Source of the DNA: a virus
Lineage: Duplodnaviria; Caudoviricetes
Length of the DNA: 40,804 bases
IMG/VR virus record: IMGVR_UViG_3300037419_001256
Span: 1 to 40,804 of that record
Reading direction: 5' to 3' (one strand)
In this document: positions 23,378-32,131 of the stretch, one piece after another
Layout of the letters: each line of letters opens with the position of its first letter
Numbering within the stretch: position 1 is the stretch's first letter
Position numbers and translations under genes: made by a program
Notes under the pieces: model-generated
Databases searched by the model: none
Seen by the model: only the letters and a program-made list of their open reading frames with translations
What the model was told of the DNA's origin: nothing

Positions 23378-23851
23378 TTAGAGGTCTTTCAGGCAGAGCG
23401 CCCGTTCAGCAGCACGGCGTCTCACAAGTCCGCGGAACTTCTTGCCCTTTGCGGTCTCGTACCAGCCCACGAAACCGTTGCAGCCCTCGCGCCATTTGCC
23501 CTGATTGAAGGCGCGGGCCATGCGCGACCGGCAGAAGGCTGCGATTCCCGCGTTATAGGACGCGTCGATCGAGGCCGCGAAGGCGTTGCGTTTGTCCGCG
23601 AGTCCGGGGACGCACTTCAGGACGGCGGGGGCATAGTGCCGCTGCTGACGGGCGATAAGCAGCACTTGGCATTCCTGCGGGGTATAGACCCGCATCTCTA
23701 CTTCAGTGTCGCCGTAGCAAACCTGTAGCAGCCTCGGATTGGCGGGATCCGGGTTGGGGTGCGTGACCAGGCCCTCGAACGGGATTGTCAGCGCTCCAGC
23801 AGCGAGGGTGCAGGCGCCCGCGATGGCGAGCCGTTGCTTGCGGTTAGCCAT
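23378..23851 (-). CDS. Endolysin, GH24 lysozyme with SAR-like N-terminus
   Basis: FEG...D...VCYGDT, SYNAG...FC.S, GLVRRR.AER.LC; Gly/Ala-rich N-terminal TM segment. Confidence 0.9.
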   Translation of the reverse strand: MANRKQRLAIAGACTLAAGALTIPFEGLVTHPNPDPANPRLLQVCYGDTEVEMRVYTPQECQVLLIARQQRHYAPAVLKCVPGLADKRNAFAASIDASYNAGIAAFCRSRMARAFNQGKWREGCNGFVGWYETAKGKKFRGLVRRRAAERALCLKDL

Positions 23852-24089
23852 TCTTCTTGCCCTTCCACATGCGCACGCCCCAGCCGAGGGCGAACCACAG
23901 GCCGGCGAGAGTGAAGAGGAACGGCCGCCGCCATTCCGGGCTGATCCCGTAAACGAGATTGTTCAGCGCGTTCGGGTTCTCGATGATGTAGGCAAAGCCC
24001 GCCGTGCCGATGACGTGGAGGCGCATGGAACCCCAGCGCCACCAGTCCCGCCAGTTATCGACAAGGCGGTGCTCAATCTTCGAGATCAC
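23844..24089 (-). CDS. Holin-like membrane protein
   Basis: LVDNWRDWWRWGSMRL, two TM segments, basic C-terminus; directly upstream of the endolysin. Confidence 0.7.
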   Translation of the reverse strand: MISKIEHRLVDNWRDWWRWGSMRLHVIGTAGFAYIIENPNALNNLVYGISPEWRRPFLFTLAGLWFALGWGVRMWKGKKNG

Positions 24090-24295
24090 TAGGCAACCGG
24101 ATCGGTCGGCGCTGGAGCTGCGGGCTTGGGGGCCATGACGTACTGGACGAGCAGGCCGACCGCGAGGGCCGCGCCGTTCAGGAGGTTAACACCCTGGGCG
24201 TCCGCCCATGCCGGAAGGATGTTCGTTCCGGAAAAGATGCTGATGAGGGCGAGAAGGGCGGCCATGACGCGGGCTACGATGACTGAATATGACAT
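24089..24295 (-). CDS. Two-TM membrane protein (holin/antiholin candidate)
   Basis: AAGGAG RBS; two hydrophobic helices. Confidence 0.6.
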   Translation of the reverse strand: MSYSVIVARVMAALLALISIFSGTNILPAWADAQGVNLLNGAALAVGLLVQYVMAPKPAAPAPTDPVA

Positions 24296-24388
24296 TGTTA
24301 CTTTCTCCTTGATTTGTCGTGTGTTGCGGCTAATCGGGGATGGTCTGTTGCTTGACTTGGCCCCGCTGCGCTCCTCGTGGCGGGGCCT

Positions 24389-25096
24389 TTACGCAGCCTC
24401 TCGCTTGCCAGCCTGCCAAGAGCCGCATTGCTGGCACTGAAGCGATTGAATCCGGAACGATTTGGTCTTGCGATATCCGCGGCTCTGGAGGTGCGTCGAT
24501 CCGCACGCTCCGCATACCTCCCCGTGCCTCAGCTTCGGGTGGTTCGCGATGTAGGGCTTGACCCTATCGTAAACCTTCTCAAGCAGCCGCACGTCCTGCG
24601 AGCAGTAGCGCTGCATCTTGGCCTGGGCCCTGGGGCACCCGTCGATGACCCGCGTCCAGAGTTCCATGCCCTCATGCTTCAGCTTCCCCTCTTCGGTGAG
24701 GAGCGGGCCGACGAACGCGAGCTTGTTGCTGAGCAGCCCCAGCTTCTTGACCGCCTTGTAAACGTCGATCGATGTTGGCGGGGCTGGAGGGGGTAGATCC
24801 GCTAGCAGGAACTCGCCTTGCAGCTTGGGCAAATCAAAGCGGTCGCCATTGTACGTGACAATCGCATCGGCTTCCTCGAACAGCCTGTGAGCCTGGGCGA
24901 TCATCTCCGCGTGGCCGTGCTGCCAGTCGGAGTAGAAGATCATCTTGTTGGAGCCTTGCCACTTGGCCCCGAAGCATAAAGTCCCGCCGGGATCGACTAC
25001 TTGATTGAGGGAAACGGTGACATCGAAGAGCTGCCACACATAAGCCGTGGCGGGGCGCGTCTCGATGTCGAGGAAGAGGATGCGTGGTTCCTGCAC
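24389..25096 (-). CDS. RNase H-like DEDD 3'-5' exonuclease with C-terminal Zn ribbon
   Basis: FLDIET, TYNGDRFDLP, YCSQDV; CGAC...CQQC. Confidence 0.85.
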   Translation of the reverse strand: MQEPRILFLDIETRPATAYVWQLFDVTVSLNQVVDPGGTLCFGAKWQGSNKMIFYSDWQHGHAEMIAQAHRLFEEADAIVTYNGDRFDLPKLQGEFLLADLPPPAPPTSIDVYKAVKKLGLLSNKLAFVGPLLTEEGKLKHEGMELWTRVIDGCPRAQAKMQRYCSQDVRLLEKVYDRVKPYIANHPKLRHGEVCGACGSTHLQSRGYRKTKSFRIQSLQCQQCGSWQAGKREAA

Positions 25097-25147
25097 ATGG
25101 GTTCCCCCACTGTTGCGCCATACGTCAATTTGTGCTAGTCGCTCGGT

Positions 25148-25276
25148 ATGTCAGCGATCATATTCTTCTTCGTCGCAGTCGCGCTCGGCGGCAGCCTGAT
25201 TCTGCGCTTCCAGCGAATTGACGAGACAAACCGTCGGCTTGAACGACTTGAGCGAATGGTATTCCCGCTCGACTAA
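25148..25276 (+). CDS. Leaderless moron: 42-aa TM plus coiled-coil protein
   Basis: MSAIIFFFVAVALGGSLILRFQRIDETNRRLERLERMVFPLD; TTGCGC-17-TAGTCG-6-ATG. Confidence 0.6.
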   Translation: MSAIIFFFVAVALGGSLILRFQRIDETNRRLERLERMVFPLD

Positions 25277-25422
25277 TTCAGCTTGTCGAGCATCTCCCGG
25301 TCGCTGTCCGTCAGTCCCCGCTCAAGTTCTTCGTCCAATATCTCGCGGTAAGTCTTCTCACGCTTGTCCCGCAGGATTTGCTGAGGCTTCACCCTGAGCG
25401 CCTTGGCGTAGGGGTTTCTCAT
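25273..25422 (-). CDS. Hypothetical protein (49 aa)
   Basis: MRNPYAKALRVKPQQ...; ATGA-coupled. Confidence 0.5.
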   Translation of the reverse strand: MRNPYAKALRVKPQQILRDKREKTYREILDEELERGLTDSDREMLDKLN

Positions 25423-25628
25423 TCGCGCCCCCCACCTGGGCCGTATCTGATGCGATCGTGTAGCTTGAAGCCCGCAAGGACGATGGAGAGCATCGTCGCG
25501 ATGATGGTGAGCGCGTAGGCGGCTTGTGCGAGGCTCACTCCAGCGACCACCGCGAAGAAGTAGGCGAGCCGCTCCACCCATTGAGAGTGCTCGTGGGTCA
25601 CGAGGATGTTCCAGACATAGACGCTCAC
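25419..25628 (-). CDS. Two-TM membrane protein (69 aa)
   Basis: GAGGGA RBS; hydrophobic helices. Confidence 0.55.
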   Translation of the reverse strand: MSVYVWNILVTHEHSQWVERLAYFFAVVAGVSLAQAAYALTIIATMLSIVLAGFKLHDRIRYGPGGGRE

Positions 25629-25676
25629 TCCCTCGTGGGGGTTGGCTTTGGTGGTTGATTTGCGTTAAATGGCCCG

Positions 25677-25844
25677 ATGTTCGAGCGTTTGTTCCCCAAC
25701 ATCGCCAAGGCGACGAGGGACTGGACTGGCGGCAAGTGGGTTGCCGCGCCGGTCGTGATCTTCTTCGCCTGGGCGATGATCTATTCGATAGCGCGGTATT
25801 TCACTGAGGCCGCTGGCTGGGTCACTCCGACGGTGTTCATGTGA
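25677..25844 (+). CDS. Leaderless moron gene 1: 55-aa single-TM protein
   Basis: MFERLFPNIAKATRDWTGGKWVAAPVVIFFAWAMIYSIARYF...; TTGGCT-17-TTAAAT-6-ATG. Confidence 0.55.
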   Translation: MFERLFPNIAKATRDWTGGKWVAAPVVIFFAWAMIYSIARYFTEAAGWVTPTVFM

Positions 25845-25957
25845 AGCTAGACACCTGGCTAACCATTCCTCCAGCGCTTATGATCGCCGGGTGCCTTCTA
25901 CTCGGTATCTTTCAGACCGTCTGCTATGTGATGGGATGGCACGATCCGACCAGATGA
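25841..25957 (+). CDS. Moron gene 2: 38-aa single-TM protein
   Basis: GTGA-coupled; MKLDTWLTIPPALMIAGCLLLGIFQTVCYVMGWHDPTR. Confidence 0.5.
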   Translation: MKLDTWLTIPPALMIAGCLLLGIFQTVCYVMGWHDPTR

Positions 25958-26070
25958 AACGCGCTCTCAACCTTCTGCTGTATGGCACCGGCGCCCTGCT
26001 CGTCGGGGCCTATATCGTCTTCGGGCTTTGGTATGATGTCAGCCTCGGCTCAGCCGGGGCGCTTCACTAA
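25954..26070 (+). CDS. Moron gene 3: 38-aa single-TM protein
   Basis: ATGA-coupled; MKRALNLLLYGTGALLVGAYIVFGLWYDVSLGSAGALH. Confidence 0.5.
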   Translation: MKRALNLLLYGTGALLVGAYIVFGLWYDVSLGSAGALH

Positions 26071-26759
26071 GCTGAGAAACGGTTGGGCGGGGTGAACGTA
26101 GTCCCGTTCGGATAGCGAGCGGTATTGGACATCTTCACCCGCGCTATCCGGCCAGCAACGTCGCGTGTCGTGGTCGAGGCTTCGTCCGTTCCGATGAACA
26201 CGCCAAATGTGTCTGAAGTTGACGGGCCGGTGGCGGTTACGCGGCTATCAACCTGAACCCCATCGAAATACATGCGGTATGTCCCGCTGTCCCTGACAAC
26301 GGCAATATGGTGTTCGCTTCCGTCGAGATTGGAGCCTTGGCTATTCACGATCGGCGTTCCGGTGGAGAAGGCGTCCGCATAGAAGGCCACATTGCCCGTG
26401 CCGGAACAGAATATCGCCCATCGCGCAGCGCCCGCGTTACCCCTCGACATGAGTCCGCCGACCTGGGCCGCTGCCAAATTGGTGTGACACTCCCACGTCC
26501 AGTTCGTCGTGACGTTGTAGCGGCTCACCATCGCGGCGTTGGCATTGCCAGAGGGCCAGGTCATCCAGTCGCCCGTTCCGTCGAGGACGAGCTGCATGTT
26601 TCCCGTGTCGGCTGACGCGTTGCCGGCGAAGGAGCCCGAAACGCCGGTCACTTCCTCCGTTGGGGTGGATGCACTGAAGCGGGTCAGGAACAGCGTATTT
26701 GCGTCGGGGGTGGATAATCCGCTTGAAACACCGAGGCGGCGAGTGAGACAGCCGCCCAT
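26067..26759 (-). CDS. LamG/concanavalin-like receptor-binding protein
   Basis: LVLDGTGDW, WTWEC, HHIAVVRDSGTYRMYFDG, RYP..TFTPP. Confidence 0.8.
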   Translation of the reverse strand: MGGCLTRRLGVSSGLSTPDANTLFLTRFSASTPTEEVTGVSGSFAGNASADTGNMQLVLDGTGDWMTWPSGNANAAMVSRYNVTTNWTWECHTNLAAAQVGGLMSRGNAGAARWAIFCSGTGNVAFYADAFSTGTPIVNSQGSNLDGSEHHIAVVRDSGTYRMYFDGVQVDSRVTATGPSTSDTFGVFIGTDEASTTTRDVAGRIARVKMSNTARYPNGTTFTPPNRFSA

Positions 26760-27568
26760 CAGGAGATGCCGTCCCCGGTCAACCTCCAAACGGTCGATGT
26801 TACCTTGATGGCCGTCGCAACGCCGTTAGCCGCCAATGTACGCGATCCGGTCGAAGATCCCCAGCGAAGCGTGTCAGATGTTATGGCGAGCGTCACGGCC
26901 CCGGCGCCGCTTGCATTGATGAAGGTGAGGATCGTCCCAATCGGATAGGCCACGCTGGCGTTGCTCGGGATCGTCCAGGTGTGGGCCGAGCCGGACGTGT
27001 GATAGAGATGCTTGCCCGCATCGCCCATAACGAGCGTGTAGGTTGCGTCCTGAAGGTTCTGCGGCGCGCCGAGATAGCCGACAGCCGTTGTCGAAGGTGA
27101 ACTTGCCGGGGTAAGATCGGCGCCACCGGACAGCGTTTGTAGGCCGCTAAATGTGTTGGCCGTCCCCGTCCCAGGAACAGCGAGATTTGTCCGCGCCGTG
27201 GATGCACTGGAAACGTCGGAGAGGTTGTTGCTGTTCTTGAGGTAGCTGTTCAGGAGTGCGGCGGACGCATCCATGAACACTTGCTTGTTGCCGGCTGCCA
27301 AATTGACGGCCGATCCAGAATTGCTCGATGCCTCAACCGTGGTCCGGGTAAGGGTGTTCGTTCCCGAATAGGTGCCGATCCCGACTTCCCAATCACCGGA
27401 CGGATTGCCGTTCCCGTCCAGCGCGACAATCGTATATTTGCACGTGTCGTTGGTGGACATCACCGCGGAAAAGCGGCGGTATCCTGTATATGCCCCGGCA
27501 AGCGTGAGGGCCCCGGTCCCGGTAGTCGTTGACGACTCCTGGACGCGATCCGCGACGATGAAGGCCAT
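26759..27568 (-). CDS. Tail fibre protein
   Basis: ADRVQESSTTTGTG.LTLAGA..G...F N-terminal domain, NNLSDVSSASTARTNL linker, YTLV..DAGK...P.NASVAYPIGT C-terminal domain. Confidence 0.8.
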   Translation of the reverse strand: MAFIVADRVQESSTTTGTGALTLAGAYTGYRRFSAVMSTNDTCKYTIVALDGNGNPSGDWEVGIGTYSGTNTLTRTTVEASSNSGSAVNLAAGNKQVFMDASAALLNSYLKNSNNLSDVSSASTARTNLAVPGTGTANTFSGLQTLSGGADLTPASSPSTTAVGYLGAPQNLQDATYTLVMGDAGKHLYHTSGSAHTWTIPSNASVAYPIGTILTFINASGAGAVTLAITSDTLRWGSSTGSRTLAANGVATAIKVTSTVWRLTGDGIS

Positions 27569-27569
27569 A

Positions 27570-27740
27570 TTATCTCCGGACTACTCGCGAATAGACGTGC
27601 GCCTGCCTGCTCGCGCCAACGGCGGACTCGCCGGGAGACACGATCATGTAGGCGACAAGCTTCGATGAAACAGCTTCGTCGTCGTCAGGGCCGGTAAGAG
27701 TGAAAGCGATGACCTTGGTGGCTTCGACCTGGTTAGCCAT
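27570..27740 (-). CDS. Small tail-associated protein (56 aa)
   Basis: Manual translation MANQVEATKVIAFTLTGPDDDEAVSSKLVAYMIV...; TGATG-coupled. Confidence 0.55.
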   Translation of the reverse strand: MANQVEATKVIAFTLTGPDDDEAVSSKLVAYMIVSPGESAVGASRQAHVYSRVVRR

Positions 27741-28702
27741 CAGGTGATGCTCTTCACGCCATATTGCAGGCTGGTGATCGCGCTACTCGTGAACGCAGCC
27801 GAGGTTGCCGGGTCCGTTTCCCAGATCGCGACGTTGGCCGTGTATCCGGCATCCAGAGCGATGCTGCTGCTCGTGTAAGTCGTCGCACCGGACTTGACGG
27901 CGAGTTGAAGGTTCTGCGGCCCGCTCGCTCCGCATTTGGCGCGAGCAGTCACAACGAAAGCATCAACCACATAACCGCTCGGGATGGTCGTTCCGTGGCT
28001 GACGAGCTCGACCTGGTTTACCGTGGCGGAGTTGATGAAGTCGGTATCGGAATAAACCGTCTCATCGATCTCGGTATATGTGCCGGTCCAGTCTGTGGTC
28101 GCCCCGGCTCCCGTCGGTGGAACAGTCTTCAGCCGCTTGCTGACCGTTGATTCGTCAGCGCAGATGACCTGCGACCAATAGGAGATCAGGTTGCTCTTCA
28201 GCCGGACATAGGCGACGCCGTTGAGGGCCGAGGTGTCGGCGGTGCCGGTGAGCCTCTGTGTTCCGGAGAGGTAAACCGATGCCTCGCCCGAAACCGCGCA
28301 TTTGAAATGAATATCGAGCGTGTTGCGAGTGTCGGTGCTGGTCGTGAATGACGAGCCGACTTGCACGAACGATCCGGCATTGTTGCGGTATTGCTTGACC
28401 GTCAGCGCATTGCTGCTGAAGGTCATCGTGAGCTTGTAAACCTCGGTATCCGAGCTGTCATAGAACGAGAGGTAGGAGGCTTCGCTGCCCGATACTGCCG
28501 TGTCCACGGTAAGGTCTGCGTGGAACCAGAAGTCCGTCGCATTCGACCAATGGGCGCTCTCGGCATAGGAGCCGCTGAAGCCGTAGATCCGGATCGCACA
28601 GCGAGCCAGCGATGTATCGTAGCCCGCGCTCGTGGTTTCGTAGGTGTCGCCATCGGCGGGGACGAACGCCCCCATTTCGCCGCCGCCAAAAAGGATGCTC
28701 AT
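27740..28702 (-). CDS. Tail/receptor-binding protein, beta-sandwich (320 aa)
   Basis: S/T/G-rich; C-terminal WETDPATSAAFT...LQYGVKS; located in the tail region. Confidence 0.65.
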   Translation of the reverse strand: MSILFGGGEMGAFVPADGDTYETTSAGYDTSLARCAIRIYGFSGSYAESAHWSNATDFWFHADLTVDTAVSGSEASYLSFYDSSDTEVYKLTMTFSSNALTVKQYRNNAGSFVQVGSSFTTSTDTRNTLDIHFKCAVSGEASVYLSGTQRLTGTADTSALNGVAYVRLKSNLISYWSQVICADESTVSKRLKTVPPTGAGATTDWTGTYTEIDETVYSDTDFINSATVNQVELVSHGTTIPSGYVVDAFVVTARAKCGASGPQNLQLAVKSGATTYTSSSIALDAGYTANVAIWETDPATSAAFTSSAITSLQYGVKSIT

Positions 28703-29328
28703 AGGTCACCTACGAGCGTGATCTTGATGTCGGCCGCCGTTCCCACCGTGTCGGGACCGTAGAAGTCGATCGAATCCCCCGAGATGAGTGAGACCGTTGC
28801 GCCGCCCGATGTCGCAAAGGTGGGTGTCCCAGACGTGTCGAAGGTGCAGGTTCCAACCTCGACCCCGTTCTTCTCGATGCTGATGACGTAATCCGCACCA
28901 GGATTGGTAATCACCGCCCCGTCTGCGCCGTCGAAGTCCACATCGAACGAGATAGACCGCCGGACTACCTCGCCGCCCATCCATTGCTGGGCACCCGGCG
29001 TCCCGACGAAGGTCATCATAATCTCGAATTGCTCGGTCGAAGCGCTGGCCGCCTCACCGATGATGATATTGTCCTCGGTGGAAATCGTCTGGTCGGCCGA
29101 GTCCTTGACGATGACCTTATAGGCTACGCCCTCGGTGAAGCGGATCGTCGCCCTGCCCGCCGCATCGAGAACAGTCGGGTTGGCGTTGGCCGTCAACCCA
29201 TCCCTGTCCTGATAGGTGGCGAGGGGCGTGCTGGTCCCGGCCTCGTAGGTATAGACCTTCCCCCCTGCCAGCACGTCTCCGTAATCATCGAAGAGCTGGA
29301 CGAGGAAGGGCGCGAATGACGTTGCCAT
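28699..29328 (-). CDS. Tail fibre anchor (virion-binding) protein
   Basis: LAGGKVYTYEAGTSTPLATY.D......NP.VLDAAGRA, an N-terminal anchoring domain. Confidence 0.75.
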   Translation of the reverse strand: MATSFAPFLVQLFDDYGDVLAGGKVYTYEAGTSTPLATYQDRDGLTANANPTVLDAAGRATIRFTEGVAYKVIVKDSADQTISTEDNIIIGEAASASTEQFEIMMTFVGTPGAQQWMGGEVVRRSISFDVDFDGADGAVITNPGADYVISIEKNGVEVGTCTFDTSGTPTFATSGGATVSLISGDSIDFYGPDTVGTAADIKITLVGDL

Positions 29329-29356
29329 CCAGCCTCCCGAACTTTATGGTTTTTGC

Positions 29357-29473
29357 GTGAAAATCTGGCAGGTTATGCTGTTGCTGGCCGCTATTGGGCT
29401 GGCCGCGCCGCGTCAGTGGCGGTCGAAGGCCCTAGCGGTCGTCTTCGTTCTGTTGTGCGTTATCGGAACCTGA
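29357..29473 (+). CDS. Leaderless moron: 38-aa hydrophobic protein (sieA position)
   Basis: MKIWQVMLLLAAIGLAAPRQWRSKALAVVFVLLCVIGT; TTGCCA-17-TATGGT-6-GTG. Confidence 0.55.
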   Translation: MKIWQVMLLLAAIGLAAPRQWRSKALAVVFVLLCVIGT

Positions 29474-32131
29474 TGCGGCGATCGGCGCCGTGAAATTGTC
29501 GTTCACCGCCGACAATAGCCGCTGCTGAATAGCCGCCAGTGGCTCTCTCAGCTCCGGATTGGTCGCTGCGATCTTCGCCAGCCGCCCAATCTGCGACTTG
29601 GCCGCGGCGGGATTTGTCGCTCTTGAGAAGCCGGTCGCCCAGCGAACGAAGCCGGGGTTGGTCCAGACCTTCGCCATTGCGAAGTTGCCCGCCATCTCTG
29701 CTCCGATGCCTAACAAAGTGCCTACGTGGCCCAGCATGGCCGCAGCACCGGCCGCGCCGGCAAAGCCGGTCCCGACGAAATTGGGGACCGTTTGAGAGGT
29801 ATTGCGGAGGGCGTTGGAATTAGCGAGCCGCTGATTGACCGCGACGAACTTGTCCAGCGAACTCCTGAGCTCGCCGTTGCCGAACAGCAGCTTCCTCGCC
29901 GGTTCGGCCATATCGGAATACCACTGGACGAATGTGCGGGGATCGAATGCGCGACCTTGGCTGTTCGCGGGCTGCCCGCCCAGGCGGACGAGCGTTGATG
30001 CAATCTCGTCCCATGCCCCGCTCTTGACCGTCGCCGACCGAATCTGCGCTAGTGTCTTGAGGTCACCCGTGGACTTGCCGCCCTTGGTCATGGCCTGAAC
30101 CGCCGCAGCAGCCTTTTCCGGGTTCATCTGCCCGTCCTTGCCGAGAACGCGAACCAAGGCGTTATCGATGAGCTGCTGTTCGTTCCTGTAGAGGTTGTTG
30201 GCGCGCTCGAATGCCTTTGTGGCTCCCGGTCCCATCGAAGCCGCGGTGGTCCGCATGTCCTCGGACAGAGCGCCGTAGAGGGCGCGAAGGTCGCTCGTGC
30301 TGTGCCCTTCGCCGAACCGCATGTCGCCGATCTTCTCGCCGATGATCGTCCGGAAGTCCTTGAGGTCTTTCCACGTCAGGTCGCCGCTTTGCAGGGCATT
30401 CAGGTAGGTCGAAAGCTTCGGATCCCTCATCGCCTCGGCAAGATCGGGATTGGACTGGAACCTGCCCGTCAATTGCTGAAGCGTGGCAATCGCATTCGAC
30501 TTGGACGCGGGAGCCGTGTCAGCAATGGGAATCGCGTTGTAAGCCTTGGTCGCAACCGTTGCCCCGCGCTCGATGCGCTCCTGTGCGCCGCGCTGAAGCT
30601 CCGCCCCGGCTTCGTTCAATGTCCGCGCCGAGCCGTAGCGGTTGGCAACGTCCTGGACTGCGTTCTGGACTTGGCCCTCCGTGACCCTGCGAGCGTCGTT
30701 CATCACGCCGGCCGAGCCCGGAAGGTTGTCGAGGCCCTTTTCTATAATCGCAGCCGAGCGGTCTCCGGCAGCGCCCATCGGCAGGTTCACGCCGAACTCC
30801 TGAGCCGCTCCCACGCGAGCAGCCGGTCCCGCAGCCTCAAGCGGCTCGTTGAGCGTACCCGTTGCGGGATCGACCAGCTCGGGGACTTGCTGTTGCCGTC
30901 CGCGAAGAAGGCTGGACAGTTTGCCCGCGCCAAAGCCCAGCGCACCGCCTGCCCCAGCGCCAGTGGCACCACCAGTCAAGCGACTTTGCACATCCGTTCC
31001 CGAGCCGGCACCGTAAGCGCCGCCGTAAAGAGCCGCGATCCGAGCCAACTCTCCCGCACTGGATGCTCCGAACGTCGGAAGCGCCAACGAACCCACGACC
31101 TGCCCGCCCAGAAAGGGCAGCGGGTGCTCTTGCTGCAACTGCGACTGATAGGCGCGTTCGTCGCCAAGATTGCGGCTGTACAGATCGCCAAAAGCGCCTT
31201 GTCCGGAAAGCGATTGGTCAGCCGCCCGTGCGCCCGCCCTGATCTCGTCGCCGAACCCGAGCGTCACGGCGTCAAGTGCGCCGCGGCGGATTGCGGAACC
31301 CGTGCCTGCTCCCTGATCCGCTTTCAACGCATCAATACGCTGCTGAGTCTGTGCGTCGGCCGCGCTGTAATCGATTGCGCTGGAGTGCGGCTTAGCGGCG
31401 TCCTCTTTGCTTACGAGGCTGAGGTTGAACTGCTTCAAATAATCGTTGGCAGCGTCCGGTCCTTGTGTTTGCAGCACATTGAAGAACTGTTGCTGCTGCT
31501 CCGGCGTCATGCGCTTCGCCGGACCATCCGGACCATTGCCGCCGCCCTGAGCGTCCTGCGCGATCATCTGCGCCACGCTTTGCTCTGCCGCAGAAGCTGC
31601 TGGGCCGGCTTGGTTGCGAAGCGACGATATGGCCGTGTCGCGGAGGCGCGCTTTCGCGGCGATCGTCTCTGCCGAATCTCCCGGCATGGGGAAATAGCGG
31701 ACGTACTGGTTCTGATATTCCTCGGGGCTGATCGCAGCGCCGGATTCCTTGCGGAGCGTTGCGGCTACGAAGTCCCGCGCATAGGTGTCCGCCTGCTGCC
31801 TCTCGGTGCCCGTAAAGGCGTTGGCGACGCCTCTCGGCAATATATCGACAACGCCCTGCGTCAGAGGATCGCGGGGAGCGACGCCAGAGCCATATTTCTG
31901 GTTGGCATAGAGGGCGCGGCCATAGAATCCCGCCGCCAAGCCCTGCGTCCCGTTCGGGTCTTTGGCCGTGTCCTTTTCGGGAGGCGTGTACGTTGGAGTG
32001 AAGCTGCCCGTGGTCGGATCGACAACGCCCAGTGAGCCGCCAACCTCACGAATCTCCTTCTTCGGAGGGCGCGGCGTTCCGACCGTCACCGGGCCGGGTT
32101 GGTCGAATTGGTCGAACGGGTTGGGCATCAA
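29432..32131 (-). CDS. Large DNA ejection protein (P22 gp16-like)
   Basis: 899 aa, Ala/Gly-rich helical; NPFDQFD start, LRKESGAAIS..E, TLGFGDEI; last of the ejection cluster. Confidence 0.7.
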   Translation of the reverse strand: MMPNPFDQFDQPGPVTVGTPRPPKKEIREVGGSLGVVDPTTGSFTPTYTPPEKDTAKDPNGTQGLAAGFYGRALYANQKYGSGVAPRDPLTQGVVDILPRGVANAFTGTERQQADTYARDFVAATLRKESGAAISPEEYQNQYVRYFPMPGDSAETIAAKARLRDTAISSLRNQAGPAASAAEQSVAQMIAQDAQGGGNGPDGPAKRMTPEQQQQFFNVLQTQGPDAANDYLKQFNLSLVSKEDAAKPHSSAIDYSAADAQTQQRIDALKADQGAGTGSAIRRGALDAVTLGFGDEIRAGARAADQSLSGQGAFGDLYSRNLGDERAYQSQLQQEHPLPFLGGQVVGSLALPTFGASSAGELARIAALYGGAYGAGSGTDVQSRLTGGATGAGAGGALGFGAGKLSSLLRGRQQQVPELVDPATGTLNEPLEAAGPAARVGAAQEFGVNLPMGAAGDRSAAIIEKGLDNLPGSAGVMNDARRVTEGQVQNAVQDVANRYGSARTLNEAGAELQRGAQERIERGATVATKAYNAIPIADTAPASKSNAIATLQQLTGRFQSNPDLAEAMRDPKLSTYLNALQSGDLTWKDLKDFRTIIGEKIGDMRFGEGHSTSDLRALYGALSEDMRTTAASMGPGATKAFERANNLYRNEQQLIDNALVRVLGKDGQMNPEKAAAAVQAMTKGGKSTGDLKTLAQIRSATVKSGAWDEIASTLVRLGGQPANSQGRAFDPRTFVQWYSDMAEPARKLLFGNGELRSSLDKFVAVNQRLANSNALRNTSQTVPNFVGTGFAGAAGAAAMLGHVGTLLGIGAEMAGNFAMAKVWTNPGFVRWATGFSRATNPAAAKSQIGRLAKIAATNPELREPLAAIQQRLLSAVNDNFTAPIAASGSDNAQQNEDDR

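Noticed and set aside
26067-29328. Diversity-generating retroelement or invertase-based tail switching
   Set aside because: No reverse transcriptase, template/variable repeat pair or serine invertase seen
30302-32035. 577-aa plus-strand ORF and similar long antisense ORFs (3436-4392, 22922-23728, 37304-38125, 39081-39938)
   Set aside because: Shadow frames of GC-rich minus-strand genes; no recognisable motifs or expression signals
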